Positions 13,618-27,385 of a stretch of DNA of 64,000 nt are shown one piece after another (position 1 is the first letter of the stretch; every line of letters starts with the position of its first letter). The notes beneath the pieces are model-generated. The model saw only the letters and a program-made list of their open reading frames with translations. It made no database searches and had not been told where the DNA came from. The stretch is taken from positions 107,260,001 to 107,324,000 of the forward strand of contig OX597821.1 in assembly GCA_951406725.2 (NCBI GenBank), read 5' to 3'. The position numbers were made by a program, and so were the translations under genes. This DNA comes from Octopus vulgaris. Its lineage: Eukaryota.

Positions 13618-13881
13618 TAATACTAAGTAATTAAGGGTTTAGCAACGATTTGCCTCACCACACACCGAATTTAGAAATAGCAGTCAAAGAGTTATAGCTA
13701 TTCTTTCTACTAAAAGTAGAAAGAATAGCTATAACTCTTTGACTGCTATTTCTGCTAAACCCTTAATTACTTAGTATTACTTAAACTTTCCTCGAATGGA
13801 GCTTTTACATGCCGAAATCTACTTGGTAAAATTAATGATTATTCCAAATTAATTCATTTCACCCTATATTATTACTGATAA

Positions 13882-13931
<50 letters not shown>

Positions 13932-14194
13932 GTGTGTGTGCGTATTTCCATGCAGCAAGTGTATCAATGTTGATCGCTTATAATGTACAACGGAAGTATT
14001 ATTGCCGTCCAATAAAAACCAATCAGTTAATTAAGAATCGATCAATAACAATCTATTACGCATTTACTCAAATCAGGTTTGTCTCCTAACAACGATGAGA
14101 CAAGGAAGAGACAACGCCTATTGAAATCAACCAATCGCAAGTAATACTTTACACAGTCGCACGCACATACAGACACACATAATACATACATATA

Positions 14195-14258
<64 letters not shown>

Positions 14259-14792
14259 TATACATGTTATTGTATTTGGGATTGCTCTTATTTACGAAGT
14301 ATGAAATTTACCAACACTTAACATCATTCAGTACATTGTTTAATATATTGTGATACGCTTTTTCTCGAAATTTTCTTTTCTACTCTAGGCTCAGACCCCG
14401 AGGTTTTAGGTGGGGTGGGCTAGTCGATTAGATCGACCACAGCACGCAAGTGGTACTTAATTTATCAACATCAAACGGATGAAAGGCAATGTCAACCTTG
14501 GCGGTATGTGAACTCAGAGAGTAAAGACAGACGAAATACCTATTTCCTTACTACCTACAAGGGGCTAAACACAGAGGGGACAAACAAGGACAGACAAACG
14601 GATTACGTGGATTACATCGACACCAGTGCGTAACTGGTACTTATTTAATCAACCCCGGATGAAAAGCAAAGTCGACCTCGGCGGAATTTGAACTCAGAAC
14701 GTAACAGCAGACGAAATACTGCTAAGCATTTCGCCCTGTGTTCTAACGTTTCTGTCATCTCACTGCCTTTATTCCGATCTAATAAAACAAAA

Positions 14793-15791
14793 ATGGTGTA
14801 TTCGACTGCAGATGGAAACAAAGGACATACAAAAGAACGTAGCCTTTATGATTTTATTCATTCCTTAAAGCCACCTGATTACTTCCCTCTACGCCGCATG
14901 AAAATGACACGAAATACTTGGAATTCCTTTGGATTATTCGATCGCATTTCATATATATCTTATTGTTTACTCTATGCTATGATATTGGCTGACGCTCTGC
15001 GATATTTTGTATTCATTGGGACAATTGTTTCATCAAAGAATTTTGGTTTGTTTATTGTATCAGTCTCTGTTTCATTTATTAACCTTTTTCAAATTTCATA
15101 CTGTATATATTTTTTAATAATATGTCCTGACCAATTAGAGAAAATAACCTGTTTTATTAATTACCAATTACCAGCTGATCGCCTGAAAATTTATTCTAAG
15201 CTGTGGAATAAGCATAAACGAAAGAGTCTGGTTCTTCTCATGGTAAATTGCATTTCAAAATTTATCTATTACATCATTTTACCGTTTTATATTACATATA
15301 CGGATTTTCTACAGATCTTTCCTTTCCCAGCGAAAAGCTCTGACTACCTTTTCCTACCAATTCTAGTAACAACTTATATGCTGACTTTATCACTTCTTTT
15401 AATGCGTTATAACGAGTATATAGTCCCCCTTTTCCTTATCGAGATCGTGAAACGTGAATTCGATAAACTTAATGAAGGCTTTCCGAAAGGTATGCTCGAT
15501 ATAAAACCTGGAAATTCTATAAATAAATGCAAAGCTAAAAGTCGTTTGATAGCCGAGATATCACAAAAACATCGAATACTTTGTAAACTACTCGAACTGG
15601 TCAGTGAAAAATTTCAGCTCCAGTTAGCAACAGTCATATTCTATGTCCCATGCGGTATTTTTTGTACGATATATGGAACACTAAATGGACTACTGGAGAT
15701 AGAGGAGATAGCTTTTATGGTATGCTTCTTGCTTGGCAGCACATTTGCAATGCTCAAGTATTTCCATGAAGGCATAATACTATATAACAAG
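14793..15791 (+). CDS. GRL variable exon, copy C (333 codons, TM1-TM6), nearest the shared exons
   Basis: Paralog of copies A/B. The ATG at 14793 is homologous to the other starts; the upstream extension of the track ORF is SINE sequence. Donor AAG|GTAAGT at 15791/15792. Confidence 0.9.
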
Positions 15792-16398
15792 GTAAGTAAA
15801 CTCTTGCATATTTAGCATTGTCAGTAATATTCAACTCAAACCAAGATGGAGAAACGCATTCATTTCTTCATTATTGGTCCTATTAAATTCTTTGGACGTC
15901 GGCGACGATGAGGCGTCGTACAAATTAGTTGTATTCGTTCGTCCTTTGTACATTCTAATTTGAAATCGCAGTCACGTCCACTTTACTTTGCTCCCTTCGG
16001 GGTCGATACAATAAATTCTCAATCAGGTACTAGTGTGAAGTGAAGTATTCGACTCGTGCTCTCCATCAAAATTGTAAGAAGGGGACTCAGCAACCGACAA
16101 ATATCCCCTTAACTCAAATGCCGTCATCCCAGTTACTTATAGCCCATGGAAATCGAAAACTATAGAGAAGAGACTCTACCAGACGAAATGTTTATTTCAG
16201 GCAACCCATCGGCAATATTCAGACACTATATCATGCATACATACACTCATGCATATCTGTATGTCAGCTTTTGTGTGTCTATTTATCTATTTATCTCTTT
16301 CTCTCTCCACTATCTCTCTCTCCCTCTCTCTCTCTCTCTCTGTATATATGTTTATGTATATGTTTGTTATGTGTGTGTGTGTGTATGTGTGTGTGCGT

Positions 16399-16700
16399 AG
16401 GCGCAATAGCCCAATGGTTAAGGCAGCGGACTCGCGGTTGTAGGATCGCAGTTTCGATTCCCAGCCCGGATGTTGTGAGTGTTTATGGAGCGAAAACACC
16501 AAAAGTTCCACGAGGCTCCGGCAGGTGGTGGTGGCGATCCCTGCTGAACTCTTTCACCAAAACTTTCTCTCACTCTCACTTCTATTTGCCTGCTCGCTTA
16601 GCCAGCGTGGTGGCGTCATTTGAAGGCTAAAACAATGCGAAGCGCATTGTGACCAGCGATATGTAGCAACAGCTGATAGCCTGGTCGGTAACGGTGACGG
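16399..16700 (+). mobile_element. tRNA-derived SINE (third family)
   Basis: A-box-like tagcccaatggttaagg and B-box-like gtttcgattccc, followed by a non-tRNA body, embedded in microsatellites. Confidence 0.6.
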
Positions 16701-16725
16701 TGATACATATATATGGGACGTCCTC

Positions 16726-16789
<64 letters not shown>

Positions 16790-16791
<2 letters not shown>

Positions 16792-18390
16792 TGGGACTCT
16801 TCGTTTATTACTTTTCTTCTTTCTACAGACTGTCGCAGTTGCCCATTATGAATAGTGGTCTTTTTCAGTTATAGCTAGACTTTCTAGTCCATCGCCGCAA
16901 GTCGCACATTCCGTCTGAGCCTAAAAACAGGTGTTGGCTTTTCTTTTACCACAATCCACGCTTTCGTTTTAGCGCAACAGCCTGATCCTTCCAAAAATAC
17001 ATTTGGAAACAATTTTTAATTTCTTGTCTCAGTTGTTCGACTTCATCCGAAATTTTAACTGTACCAACTATATTTTCACAGGGAACACTGATGGCGATAT
17101 CCCATATCTTAAATAGATTTAATGATCTTTTTTCAGCGCAAAGAGGCTTGTACTTTTCGTTTCACCTACAAACATTACGTTGAAAATACATTTGCCGATG
17201 AAATATAAGTTCTTTTCTCTAACACTATATGCTATTTTATTTGATTTAAAGGATTTCGTCTTACCAAAGTGTCACCTTGCTTCTACATTTATGATAGTGA
17301 TATTACTACACGTGTCGAATCGCAATTTGACTCTAATGATTTCGATACTCACCTTGATGAATTTACTGTTCGTTCTAAACAAATTTTCTCAGATGGGAAA
17401 CTATTTATTTTTTCTCGTTGGGTCCATTTTTTGTCAACGTAGTTCTTCTTTGCGATTTAATGTCTCCTGTGTTCCTGCAATGAAAGCATTTCGCTTTTTC
17501 TGTTCTTTTCTCAGGTGCCTACTACTACATGCCATACATGGTTTTATCTCCTGATATATATCTTGTTTTCTGTGAAACACTTTATCCGTCATCCGACTTT
17601 TCGAACTGATTTTATCTGTAAACAGCCTCTACGTTGAGTTTCTTATATGTCATGCCTTAATTCTAATATCATATCGTACTCTTCTGACAGTTTCTGAAGA
17701 GTTATATTCTGGTTTATCTCCAGTTTTTCCGAGAATTTTCACTCTGACTTCTGCGTCCTTTCTAGCAGTAAGTCCCTCAGTGAGAACCAGACATTTAAAC
17801 GAGTCTGGAGTTAGTTTATCCAGTTTAAATCTCTCACACTCTCTATTCATTCTTCCTGCGTGTGCGGTAAACTCCTCATTATCGCTTTTCTCAATGTTCA
17901 AACACTTCCAACGTGTGTTAAATAACGGTGTATTTTCACTAAACATCCTACATAAAATGTCTATAGTGTCCGTGAAATTTATGTCAGAAACAGTTTACGC
18001 AATATAAGGTTACAGTATTTCTCATGCTCTGTCGTCACCAGTTTCCTCAGAATTAGACGCGTTTTCATTTCGTCGCACAGTCTAAGCATTTTTTCCGAAA
18101 ATTTGTTCATATCTTCTGTAATATGCCTTAAATGTGATTCTTTCTTGCGGGTCATATTTAACTTTATTTATTGAATTTGATACGTAGTCTAGCGAAAATG
18201 TGTTTTCCAGTTTTGTTATTAGGTTCATTAGCTAGTATTTGTTGCTGTAACATTTGTTGTTGCTGCTGCTTTTCTAACTCAACTAAACCCTTTATCAGGT
18301 TTTCCATAATTTTAGAGATTTTTCTTGAAATATACACAGAAATATGTTTGTTGCTCCTCTGTCGAGTTTTTAATTTCTCCGCGTGAAAAT
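16790..18390 (-). mobile_element. Decayed Gypsy LTR retrotransposon (gag-like + protease/RT start) in the GRL intron
   Basis: FSENTPLFNTRWKCLNIEKSDNEEFTAHAGRMNRECERFKLDKLTPDSFKCLV..GL..KDAEVRVKIL resembles K02A2.6-like gag. It is contiguous with a segment homologous to 4190-4620. Stops and frameshifts present. Confidence 0.75.
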
Positions 18391-18450
18391 TCTTCAACGC
18401 TCTCCGCGTTAATTATTCATTTTCTCGTGACGGAAAAAAACAAAGGAATG

Positions 18451-18514
<64 letters not shown>

Positions 18515-18537
18515 TGATGATAATAGTAATGATAATA

Positions 18538-19195
<658 letters not shown>

Positions 19196-19479
19196 AAAAG
19201 GATTGACGAAACTGCTCACAAAGTTAACTAGACAATATGAAGAACGTGATATGATTGCAATAGATATTTTATTGGTTTGAACCATATTTCGACAGCTTAC
19301 CCGTCATTGTCATGGTCAAAATGAAAAGTGATACACAGAAATTGAAAGTTATAGAAATTCAAATCCAAAAGTTTGAACTAGAGCAAACTGCGTTCCCACT
19401 TTGACAGAATAACAACATCAGTCTTCAACTTTCAATTTTACAACTAGCAAAATGAAAAAGAATGAAAAAAGAAAAGGAA

Positions 19480-20380
19480 AAGTAAGATATTTAATCAAGC
19501 AGTTTTGTGTAAATATGATGAAATTCCCCTGTCATTTTGTGCATTCCCTCAGGGCATGATGTTGATAACTCACAACCATATTTTTCCTCGTGCATTTTGA
19601 GAACTGAAAGTGTAACAGATTCAGAATATTTTTTGAGAATATACACTATCAAGTCTTTTTCAACAGCCGTTTGATGTAAAATGTTCGCCAAGTTCGCTCC
19701 AAGTACTCTTATTGTCCCTGACCTCATACCTGTACCCATTACATTATTTTGTTTGATTGTTCCTTTTGTTCAACCAATATGAATCAAGTTGTGTTTGGTG
19801 CATTCTGCTGCTTACACCAAATGGGAATCTCAGCACGTCCCACCTTCCGTATAAATCATAACATTTCTGCAATGTTTCCTGATGGAATTTACTTGACTAA
19901 TGTTGTTAAACAATGAACAGGGCTTACCTCTCTTGCGGCTGTTTTTCAAGGTACAGCTAGTTAGCTTTCTTGGAGTCAGAAGTAGAGGTTAATAGTTCTC
20001 TTATGTTTTCATTCTGTCTAAAAGTTACAACTGGCGGCTGAGAAGATATTTGTTTGAAGCGAGGATATTTTTGCGCAACATGCTGGGAATTTTCATGTAA
20101 CACTTTTGAAATGCCAGCGAAATTTCGGTGCTCAGTTAATCACTAAAGGAATTCTGTCACATACTCTACTTTGCTAAAACTATGCATAGAAGTTTGACTC
20201 TCCTTGCTAATCTTAGCTGTCATTTGCCATTTACAAATCGTGGTCGGTATTGGGATATCATCCATGGTTACCAAAAAGAATAGTTTCCGACGTTCCTTCG
20301 GTGCTTAAAAAAGTTGTTGATATTCGACACAAATGGAGTCTATGATGAAATTGCTGGTACGTTTCAGTCTGTGACTAGCT
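19480..20380 (-). mobile_element. Highly decayed Penelope-like element (RT-EN linker and GIY-YIG)
   Basis: Minus-strand peptides PRFKQISSQPPVVTFRQNENIRELL and ECTKHNLIHIG*T. Confidence 0.5.
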
Positions 20381-20931
20381 CATTACAATTGGAAAAATAA
20401 TTCCGTTAAATTCATGATGGCAAATCTGTACCGTGTATCAGCACGGTTGATGAATAATAAACGGGAATTGAGTCGTTACAGTAACTGCCTAAATATTCTG
20501 AAGTTACCGCCAAAAATCCAACTTTGTTATGTGGCACGTTAAAAGGTTTTAGAAAACCGAATCTCGTGATGGCTTGACGTTGATTCCTTAGTAAATCGGC
20601 GGTTCACGTGAAACAACAACTATCTCACCTTAGTATCTGCACAGCCATCCAGCGATTTAATTTCGAATTTCCTACAGCTTAGTAACAAGTTAACCTCAAC
20701 TCGTTACAGTTCAATGCAGCTTTTCTTTTAATGCTTCTGAAGCAATCTTTATCACTTTCAGGTTAGTTCTGAGCTCATACTTGTAACGAAGCCATGGTCT
20801 TCCTATGCTTATCCTTTCATCATAGAACTAGCTATGCATACGAACTTTTGCAATCCTTGTTGTCCATCATTCAATGCCAAGACTTATTAAACTAAATATT
20901 AAAAAATAGCATTATCTTATTTGTGTTTTAG

Positions 20932-21000
20932 AGCCATGGGATTCTACAGGAAATTTACAAATCAAACATTGGTGATATTACCCCAGAGGCTAAAATGGAG
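20932..21000 (+). CDS. GRL shared exon 2 (69 bp, SHGILQEIYKSNIGDITPEAKME; end of TM6/IC3)
   Basis: Acceptor ttatttgtgttttag|AGC and donor ATGGAG|gtaagt. Phase 0/0, 23 open codons, continues ...ILYNK in frame. Confidence 0.85.
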
Positions 21001-21099
21001 GTAAGTAACTACTACGGTATTAGCATGAAGGAAAAGCAATGAGCTGGTAGAAACGTTAGCACGCCACATGCAACTGGTTGTAGGTAGTTTTCTGGCTAA

Positions 21100-21325
21100 C
21101 TTGAAGTTCTTTTACCAATTCTTGAGTTGTTGTACGTGGATCTTTCTCAATGACGGTCATTAATTGACCGTCATCGATGACAGATGGGTATCCACTACAC
21201 CCACACGAACTTCAAGGCTCAGGTCTCCACGAAATCGTTTAAACCATTTTCGAGCTGACCACTCATTCATCATTTTCTCACCAAACGTTTCGCTGATATC
21301 ACGAGCAGTTTCAGCCGCTTGGGCT
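21100..21325 (-). mobile_element. Mariner transposase N-terminal HTH relic
   Basis: Minus strand reads AAETARDISETFGE..MNEWSARKWFKRFRGDLSLE...SGYPSVIDDGQLMTVIEKDPRTTTQE. Confidence 0.8.
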
Positions 21326-21987
21326 GACAGTTCTATTTCAGATTATTGTAACAACAGTGAAAAAAATATCAATGTTAATTTACTGATGCATTTGGAGAAG
21401 TCTATGTCTGTGTTATCAGACAACTGCAAAAAAATGTTTTAAAAGAGTTCAAAAGTCTGCCCAAACCCGGTGCGGATTCTTCATAGTTCAAAACGTTGCT
21501 TACTTTTTACTCAGTCTGATAAAATACTTGATGAAGCAAGCTAAGAAATATATGACGATCAAAATTGTAGTATTGTTGATGGCAAAAACAATTATCGTAA
21601 TGATATGGCAGAAGACTATGGAATACGTTTCGCCTTTTCACAAAGTTCAGAAGGATATCGATATGCTTGACGGTGGGGAGAAACAAAAGCTGAAGGTGTC
21701 CCTAGGTTATGTGAAGGAATACTACGAAAATGTTCCACGAATTGAGTATGATATAAATACATTTTCATTGTAAAGAAACGGCTCTTTTGTTACGAAGCAC
21801 ATCAGCAATTATTATATTCCCATCTAAGTCTGCGAGAAGGTATTAAGTATCAGTATGCAAATCATTGCCTTGGTCTTTGATGGTGACTGTGCATATCTCG
21901 GTTTATTATTGAGAGGTAGATATATGCAAGGATCAGCGAACTGCAATGTTCATACATTTCTTTGATATTATTTCCGATAACAGAAGG

Positions 21988-22310
21988 GCGGCGAGCTGGC
22001 ACAAACGTTAGTACGCCGGACGAAATGCTTAGCGGTATTTCGTCTGTCGTTACGTTCTGGGGTCGATGTAATCGACTTAATCCGTTTGTCTGTCCTCGTT
22101 TGTCCCCTCTGTGTTTAGCCCCTTGTGGGTAGTAAAGAAATAGGCATTTCGTCTGTCGTTACGTTCTAAGTTCAAATTCCGCCGAGGTCGATTTTGCCTT
22201 TCATCTTTTCGGGGTCGATTATATAAGTACCAGTTGCGTACTGAATTTGATCTAATCGACTGGCTCCACTCCCCAAAACTTTTGGGCCTTATGCCTAGAG
22301 TAGAAAAGAT
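21988..22310 (+). mobile_element. SINE family B; further copies ~29775-29880, 37480-37790(-), 45195-45328, 45875-46030, 59118-59245, 60562-60770, 61265-61380, 63490-63700
   Basis: ggcgagctggcacaaacgttagtacgccggacgaaatgcttagcggtatttcgtc...gttcaaattccgccgaggtcgattttgcctttcatc. Confidence 0.85.
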
Positions 22311-22555
22311 TGTTTCCGATAACAGGTATTCTAATGATTATCTTCTTTAATGTCATATAGACGCAAGATATCACACAGGGGTCCTAGAAACGACATCAAG
22401 CCAATATCATAACGTCTTATGCACTAAAAACGTTTTACCCCTATATATGCGCTACAAAGATTGGGTTGCTTTCTGATTTGGGCGGGTGTGTGCCATCAAA
22501 CACGGTAATCTTATATTCTCTATGGACTTAATTTTTATTTATCGTTTTCTTCCAG

Positions 22556-22645
22556 TTGACATTTTTCATTAATCGCCTTTCTAATGCTCGAATCGGATTA
22601 TGTATTGGAAGATTCTTCCTCGTAAACCATTCATCTGTTCTCGGC
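22556..22645 (+). CDS. GRL shared exon 3 (90 bp, LTFFINRLSNARIGLCIGRFFLVNHSSVLG; IC3/TM7a)
   Basis: Acceptor ttttcttccag|TTG and donor GGC|gtatgt, phase 0/0. Matches the ~30-codon penultimate exon typical of Gr/GRL genes (L..F..RL.....G....GxFF.h). Confidence 0.9.
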
Positions 22646-23172
22646 GTATGTATACTAGTCATTTCTGATTTTCTCAAATTTGAACGCTATATATTGATTG
22701 ATAATTTTTGTGGTATTTATCCCTTTGCAACTCAGAAATTCTACAGATTACAAGTTTTTTTTTTTTTTTTTTAATATGGATCAGGAGTTTATTTCTTAAT
22801 CCATTTGATACTGTTGCCGAAACGCTGAGTTATGCGGACCTAAACAAAGCAACATCGGTTATCAAGCAGTGGGCTGGTGCAAAAAAAAAAACAAAGATAC
22901 GCGCGCGCGCGCATACACACACATTTATTTCAATTATTTATATTTATATATATGGCGTATCGTATATAAATATATACGCATGCGTTCACGTGTGCATACA
23001 TACAATCATACATACATATATACACACACGCACCCACGCACGCACGCACGCACACACACACTCACACACACACAAACACACATAGATACATATACATATA
23101 TATATATATAGCGCTTCGTATGCAAACATACATGCATGCTTGCATGCGTGCATACATGTACATACACGTATA

Positions 23173-23580
23173 CAGGCGTAGGAGTGGCTGTGTGGTAAGT
23201 AGCTTGCTTACCAACCACATGATTCCGGGTTGTCTCACTGCGTGACACCTTGGGAAAGTGTCTTCTACTTTAGCCTCTGGCCAACCAAAGCCTTGTGAGT
23301 GGATTTGGTAGACGGAAACTGAAAGAAGCTCGTCGTATATATGCATATATATGTATGTATTTGTATATGTTTGTGTGTCTGTGTTAGTCCCCCCAACATC
23401 GCTTGACAACCGATGCTGGTGTGTTTACGTCCCCGTAACTTAGCGGTTCGGCAAAAGAGACCGATAGTATAAGTACTCGGCTTACACAGAATAAGTCCTG
23501 GGATCGATTTGCTCGACTGAAGGCGGTGCTCCAGCATGGCCACAGTCACATGACTGAAACAAGTAAAAGAGTAAAAAAGT
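23173..23580 (+). mobile_element. tRNA-derived SINE family A (aggcgtaggagtggctgtgtggtaag...)
   Basis: A/B-box head, internal TA/TG microsatellite, tail ...gactgaaacaagtaaaagagta. Many near-identical copies in the window. Confidence 0.9.
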
Positions 23581-23986
23581 AAAAGCGTATACACACACAC
23601 ACACACACACAAGAATGCATTCATGCATGCAAACTAGTGTCGATGCAGTTGACTGATTCCCTCTCTTAAAACTTCAAGCTTTGACCCTAATATTCCGCCC
23701 CGCAGGCAAAATGCTTTGCACCATTTCACACGTCCCCATGTTCTGAGTACAAATTTCGCCGAGATCGACTTTGTCATACATCCTTATGGGATCGATAAAT
23801 TAAATACCAGACATGTACTGCGGTCGAGGTAATCAATATCCCCAGTCCAACCCCCACCGAAATTGCTGGCCTTGTGACAAGATTAGAAGCCGTTATTATA
23901 TCTTTTTTATCACAATTTAACGTTTTTGTATTTCTTGCGCTATCTTCATTCATCAGCTGAATATATTTTCTTAAAATTTATTTCAG

Positions 23987-24133
23987 ATCTTTGGAACTGT
24001 GGTGTCATATGCGATTTTGGCCTACCAAACGTCGAGTACCTATTCTTCTAATGTTCAGCGTCACCACGAAATCCTGCCACAAAATTCCACAATGGGGCAT
24101 CTAAATAGAACACTTCACAAACCAATCATCTAA
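23987..24133 (+). CDS. GRL shared terminal exon 4 (IFGTVVSYAILAYQTSSTYSSNVQRHHEILPQNSTMGHLNRTLHKPII*)
   Basis: Acceptor aatttatttcag|ATC, phase 0. hhGthhSYhhhhhQ fits the TM7b TYhhhhhQF signature; TAA at 24131-24133. The spliced protein from copy A or C is 434 aa. Confidence 0.9.
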   Translation: MFGTVVSYAILAYQTSSTYSSNVQRHHEILPQNSTMGHLNRTLHKPII

Positions 24134-24233
24134 ATACCTTACTGAATCTTGACAGACAATGGAGTCGTATTTGACTTTTAGAATACGTTTTCTTTTAATC
24201 TTTCTTTGAATTGGGTTTGTAATTTCGTCAGTC

Positions 24234-24239
24234 AATAAA
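24234..24239 (+). terminator. Candidate polyadenylation signal of the GRL gene
   Basis: AATAAA 100 bp after the stop codon. The background is AT-rich, so support is weak. Confidence 0.35.
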
Positions 24240-25119
24240 TTTATGTTGTATCCTATATAAACAAGGGTAACTCGTAAATTGACAAAACGATGAATAACCT
24301 TAATCGATTTTTGCTTAAATTCTTATCAAAGGTTTCTACATCAATCTCACCAATTCCAATGAAACAGACAACCAATTTATTTAGAGTGCTGAACATTTAC
24401 AGTAGCTACAGTAAACGGGAATTGCTAATTTGCATACCGAACGCGATAACATTTTATTTCATAAATTCCAGGGGTCCTTCAACGGAGATCTCAGCACGCA
24501 CAATATCAAGTTATGGTATGCCGTGAGCATCATCTTTATGGTGTGGAAAATATTCTATCAACATTGTTCAAATGGTATAGGTATCATCTTTAAAATTCAT
24601 CTGGGGCTTGGCCCTCGTGCCATCCGTCTACTACAGAAATCACGTTCGTGTTGTATCCCAACACTACGACAGAACTATTTCACCTCAACTGGTCCTGCTC
24701 CCTTCAATATTGTGCCAGCCCATATAATACTAGACAAACCAACCACCTCCGGATATGTCTCTGAAAACAATAACTCTCAGCTCGAATAGGCTATGGTTCC
24801 CAAGAGCTGACTGTTTATCTCTTCCAGTGGGTGCTATTAAATTATACATGACGAGGGCCAACATCAGCCGAAACTTATCTAAGTAATCTAACTAACCTAT
24901 AGTCTATTTAATGTCCATATAAACAGGGTTGTTTCTCCGTAGAATGAAAAAGCAAGGTACATTTTTAATCGATTTCCGAATCTTATTGGATTATCATCCG
25001 ATGCATCTTCATCAATTTGACCAATTCAAGAGAAAGCAAGCAACCAAGGTGAGTGGTACAAGCAACGACACCAAAATGGCCAGCAATTACAACTCCGTTG
25101 CTTATACTATGCCTTCGCT

Positions 25120-25790
25120 AATTGTTTTAGGTACATACAGAATTGTGACTTACCAGTTAAAAACAATCTTTTACACTTGTAAGAGTGGTAAGCCAGGGAT
25201 AATTCTGAGATAATTTTCAGTTCCTTTTTTGATCATTCCTAGTGCTCCTATAATCACCATATTGTATCCATCTTGAGATGCCATATTTCTTTGAATTTCA
25301 ATGAGCAAATCTTTATATTTTTTGAGCTTATGAAATTCTTTTGCCGAGTTATTATGAACACAAGCAAGGATCATACCGATCAATAAACAGACTTCATTGT
25401 TTTAGTTTTTCAGAATGATATCCGGTTTATTAGCTTTGATGGTTCGGTCCGTATGTACCGGGAAGTCTCGAAGATTCGTTACATTTTCTCCTTCAGTTAC
25501 AACCTCAGTAAGATGCTTATACCATTCGTCAACACTTTTGATTTTATAGTACCGACATATTAACAAGCGTAGATATTGGCCAACTCTAACATGTCTAAAA
25601 TTTGACATCCAGCGATTGGGTGGTCCAGTTTCAATCACATCATTGCAGAATCGGCATTTTGGATCTACTCCATCTTTCGACAAATTGGTTTGGTAGATTC
25701 GGATAAATAGGCTTTGTTCTTATTCAGCTGAATGAGATCTTCGGTCACTGCCTTTAGCCCTGAGCTCCCTGAGCTTCAACACCATCTTGT
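25120..25790 (-). mobile_element. R4/Dong-like non-LTR retrotransposon 3' fragment (zinc knuckle + RLE endonuclease), decayed
   Basis: DPKCRFCNDVIET...RH.RVGQYL...WYKH...DFPVHTDRTIKANKPDII and VIIGALGMIKKGTENYLRIIPGLP. Confidence 0.85.
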
Positions 25791-26101
25791 TTGCTACGGG
25801 CCACATATTTGCGATTTAAACTATTGCAGCTTATTTTACTGGGTATGATGGAAAGTCAGTTGTCCACAGCTAGCAGATTAAGGCGACACATTTTTATTGA
25901 TCATACTTAAAGAACCCCGTGAAAAGTTCTTACAGTTCCATTCAATACTGATATTTGTTGATGTTCTACCTTCACATTCGCACCGATTTTTTTTCAGCCA
26001 TATTCGTAGTGGAGTGCTGATATTTCCAAGTACACCAATTACAATTGATATCATGTCTACCCTCTTTCAACCAATTACTATTGGTATCACGTTTACTCTT
26101 T

Positions 26102-26800
<699 letters not shown>

Positions 26801-26840
26801 GTCGTCGTCGTCATCATCATCGTTATCGTCGTTGTCGTCG

Positions 26841-26920
<80 letters not shown>

Positions 26921-27385
26921 TACCACCAGCAGATGAAGCCCCACATCACTGAAGAGAGACACACAACACGTTCCCTTTCCCAACCAAATCAATTCGGACA
27001 TTTCAAGTACTGATGGGGAGAAAGGGGGGGGGGCACACAGTGCCGCCGAAAAAGAAAAGAAAGAAAAAGAGCAAAGAGACAATAGAAAATGTGGGGAGGC
27101 GCAAAGAAGCGGATCTTCCCAACAACAGCAGCAACAACAACAACACCTTCACCAGCACTACCACCTGAAAACACCAACACAAATTACAACACACAGAGAC
27201 ACCACCAGCACTACAACCATCACAACCATAAAGGAAATCAACGAAGACCTGGTCACGTATCTTAAAGGCAACATAGACACGACAAGCTGTTTTAATTTCA
27301 ATCAAGCGATGTGCGATCGAACGCTGCGCACCGTACTCTGCGAGTGGTAATTTGATGAGATCGATAATTAATCCTAAAGATAGAT

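Larger units (their letters stand above)
13176..17210 (+). repeat. Tandem duplication unit C (near-identical to ~15927, then a diverged homolog)
   Basis: Near-identical to A/B through the exon and ~135 bp of intron. Visibly more diverged at 15928-16165 and 16790-17210. Confidence 0.85.

Noticed and set aside
14688-14792. 35-aa N-terminal extension of copy C in the ORF track
   Set aside because: TTG start inside the antisense SINE. The frame is closed in copies A and B.
16399-16470. tRNA-like sequences at SINE heads
   Set aside because: No complete cloverleaf. They run into SINE bodies, so they are not tRNA genes.
24300-24960. Possible decayed DNA-transposase on the - strand
   Set aside because: Only faint motif resemblance across many stops; cannot be supported without a search.
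25108-25175. MPSLIVLGTYRIVTYQLK resembles the TYhhhhhQF motif
   Set aside because: It is the antisense reading of an R4/Dong-like relic. A better exon with proper acceptor and phase exists at 23987.
26930-27350. Q/K-rich GC-richer segment, possible exon or L1/Tx1 ORF1 fragment
   Set aside because: No consistent frame or splice sites recognised.
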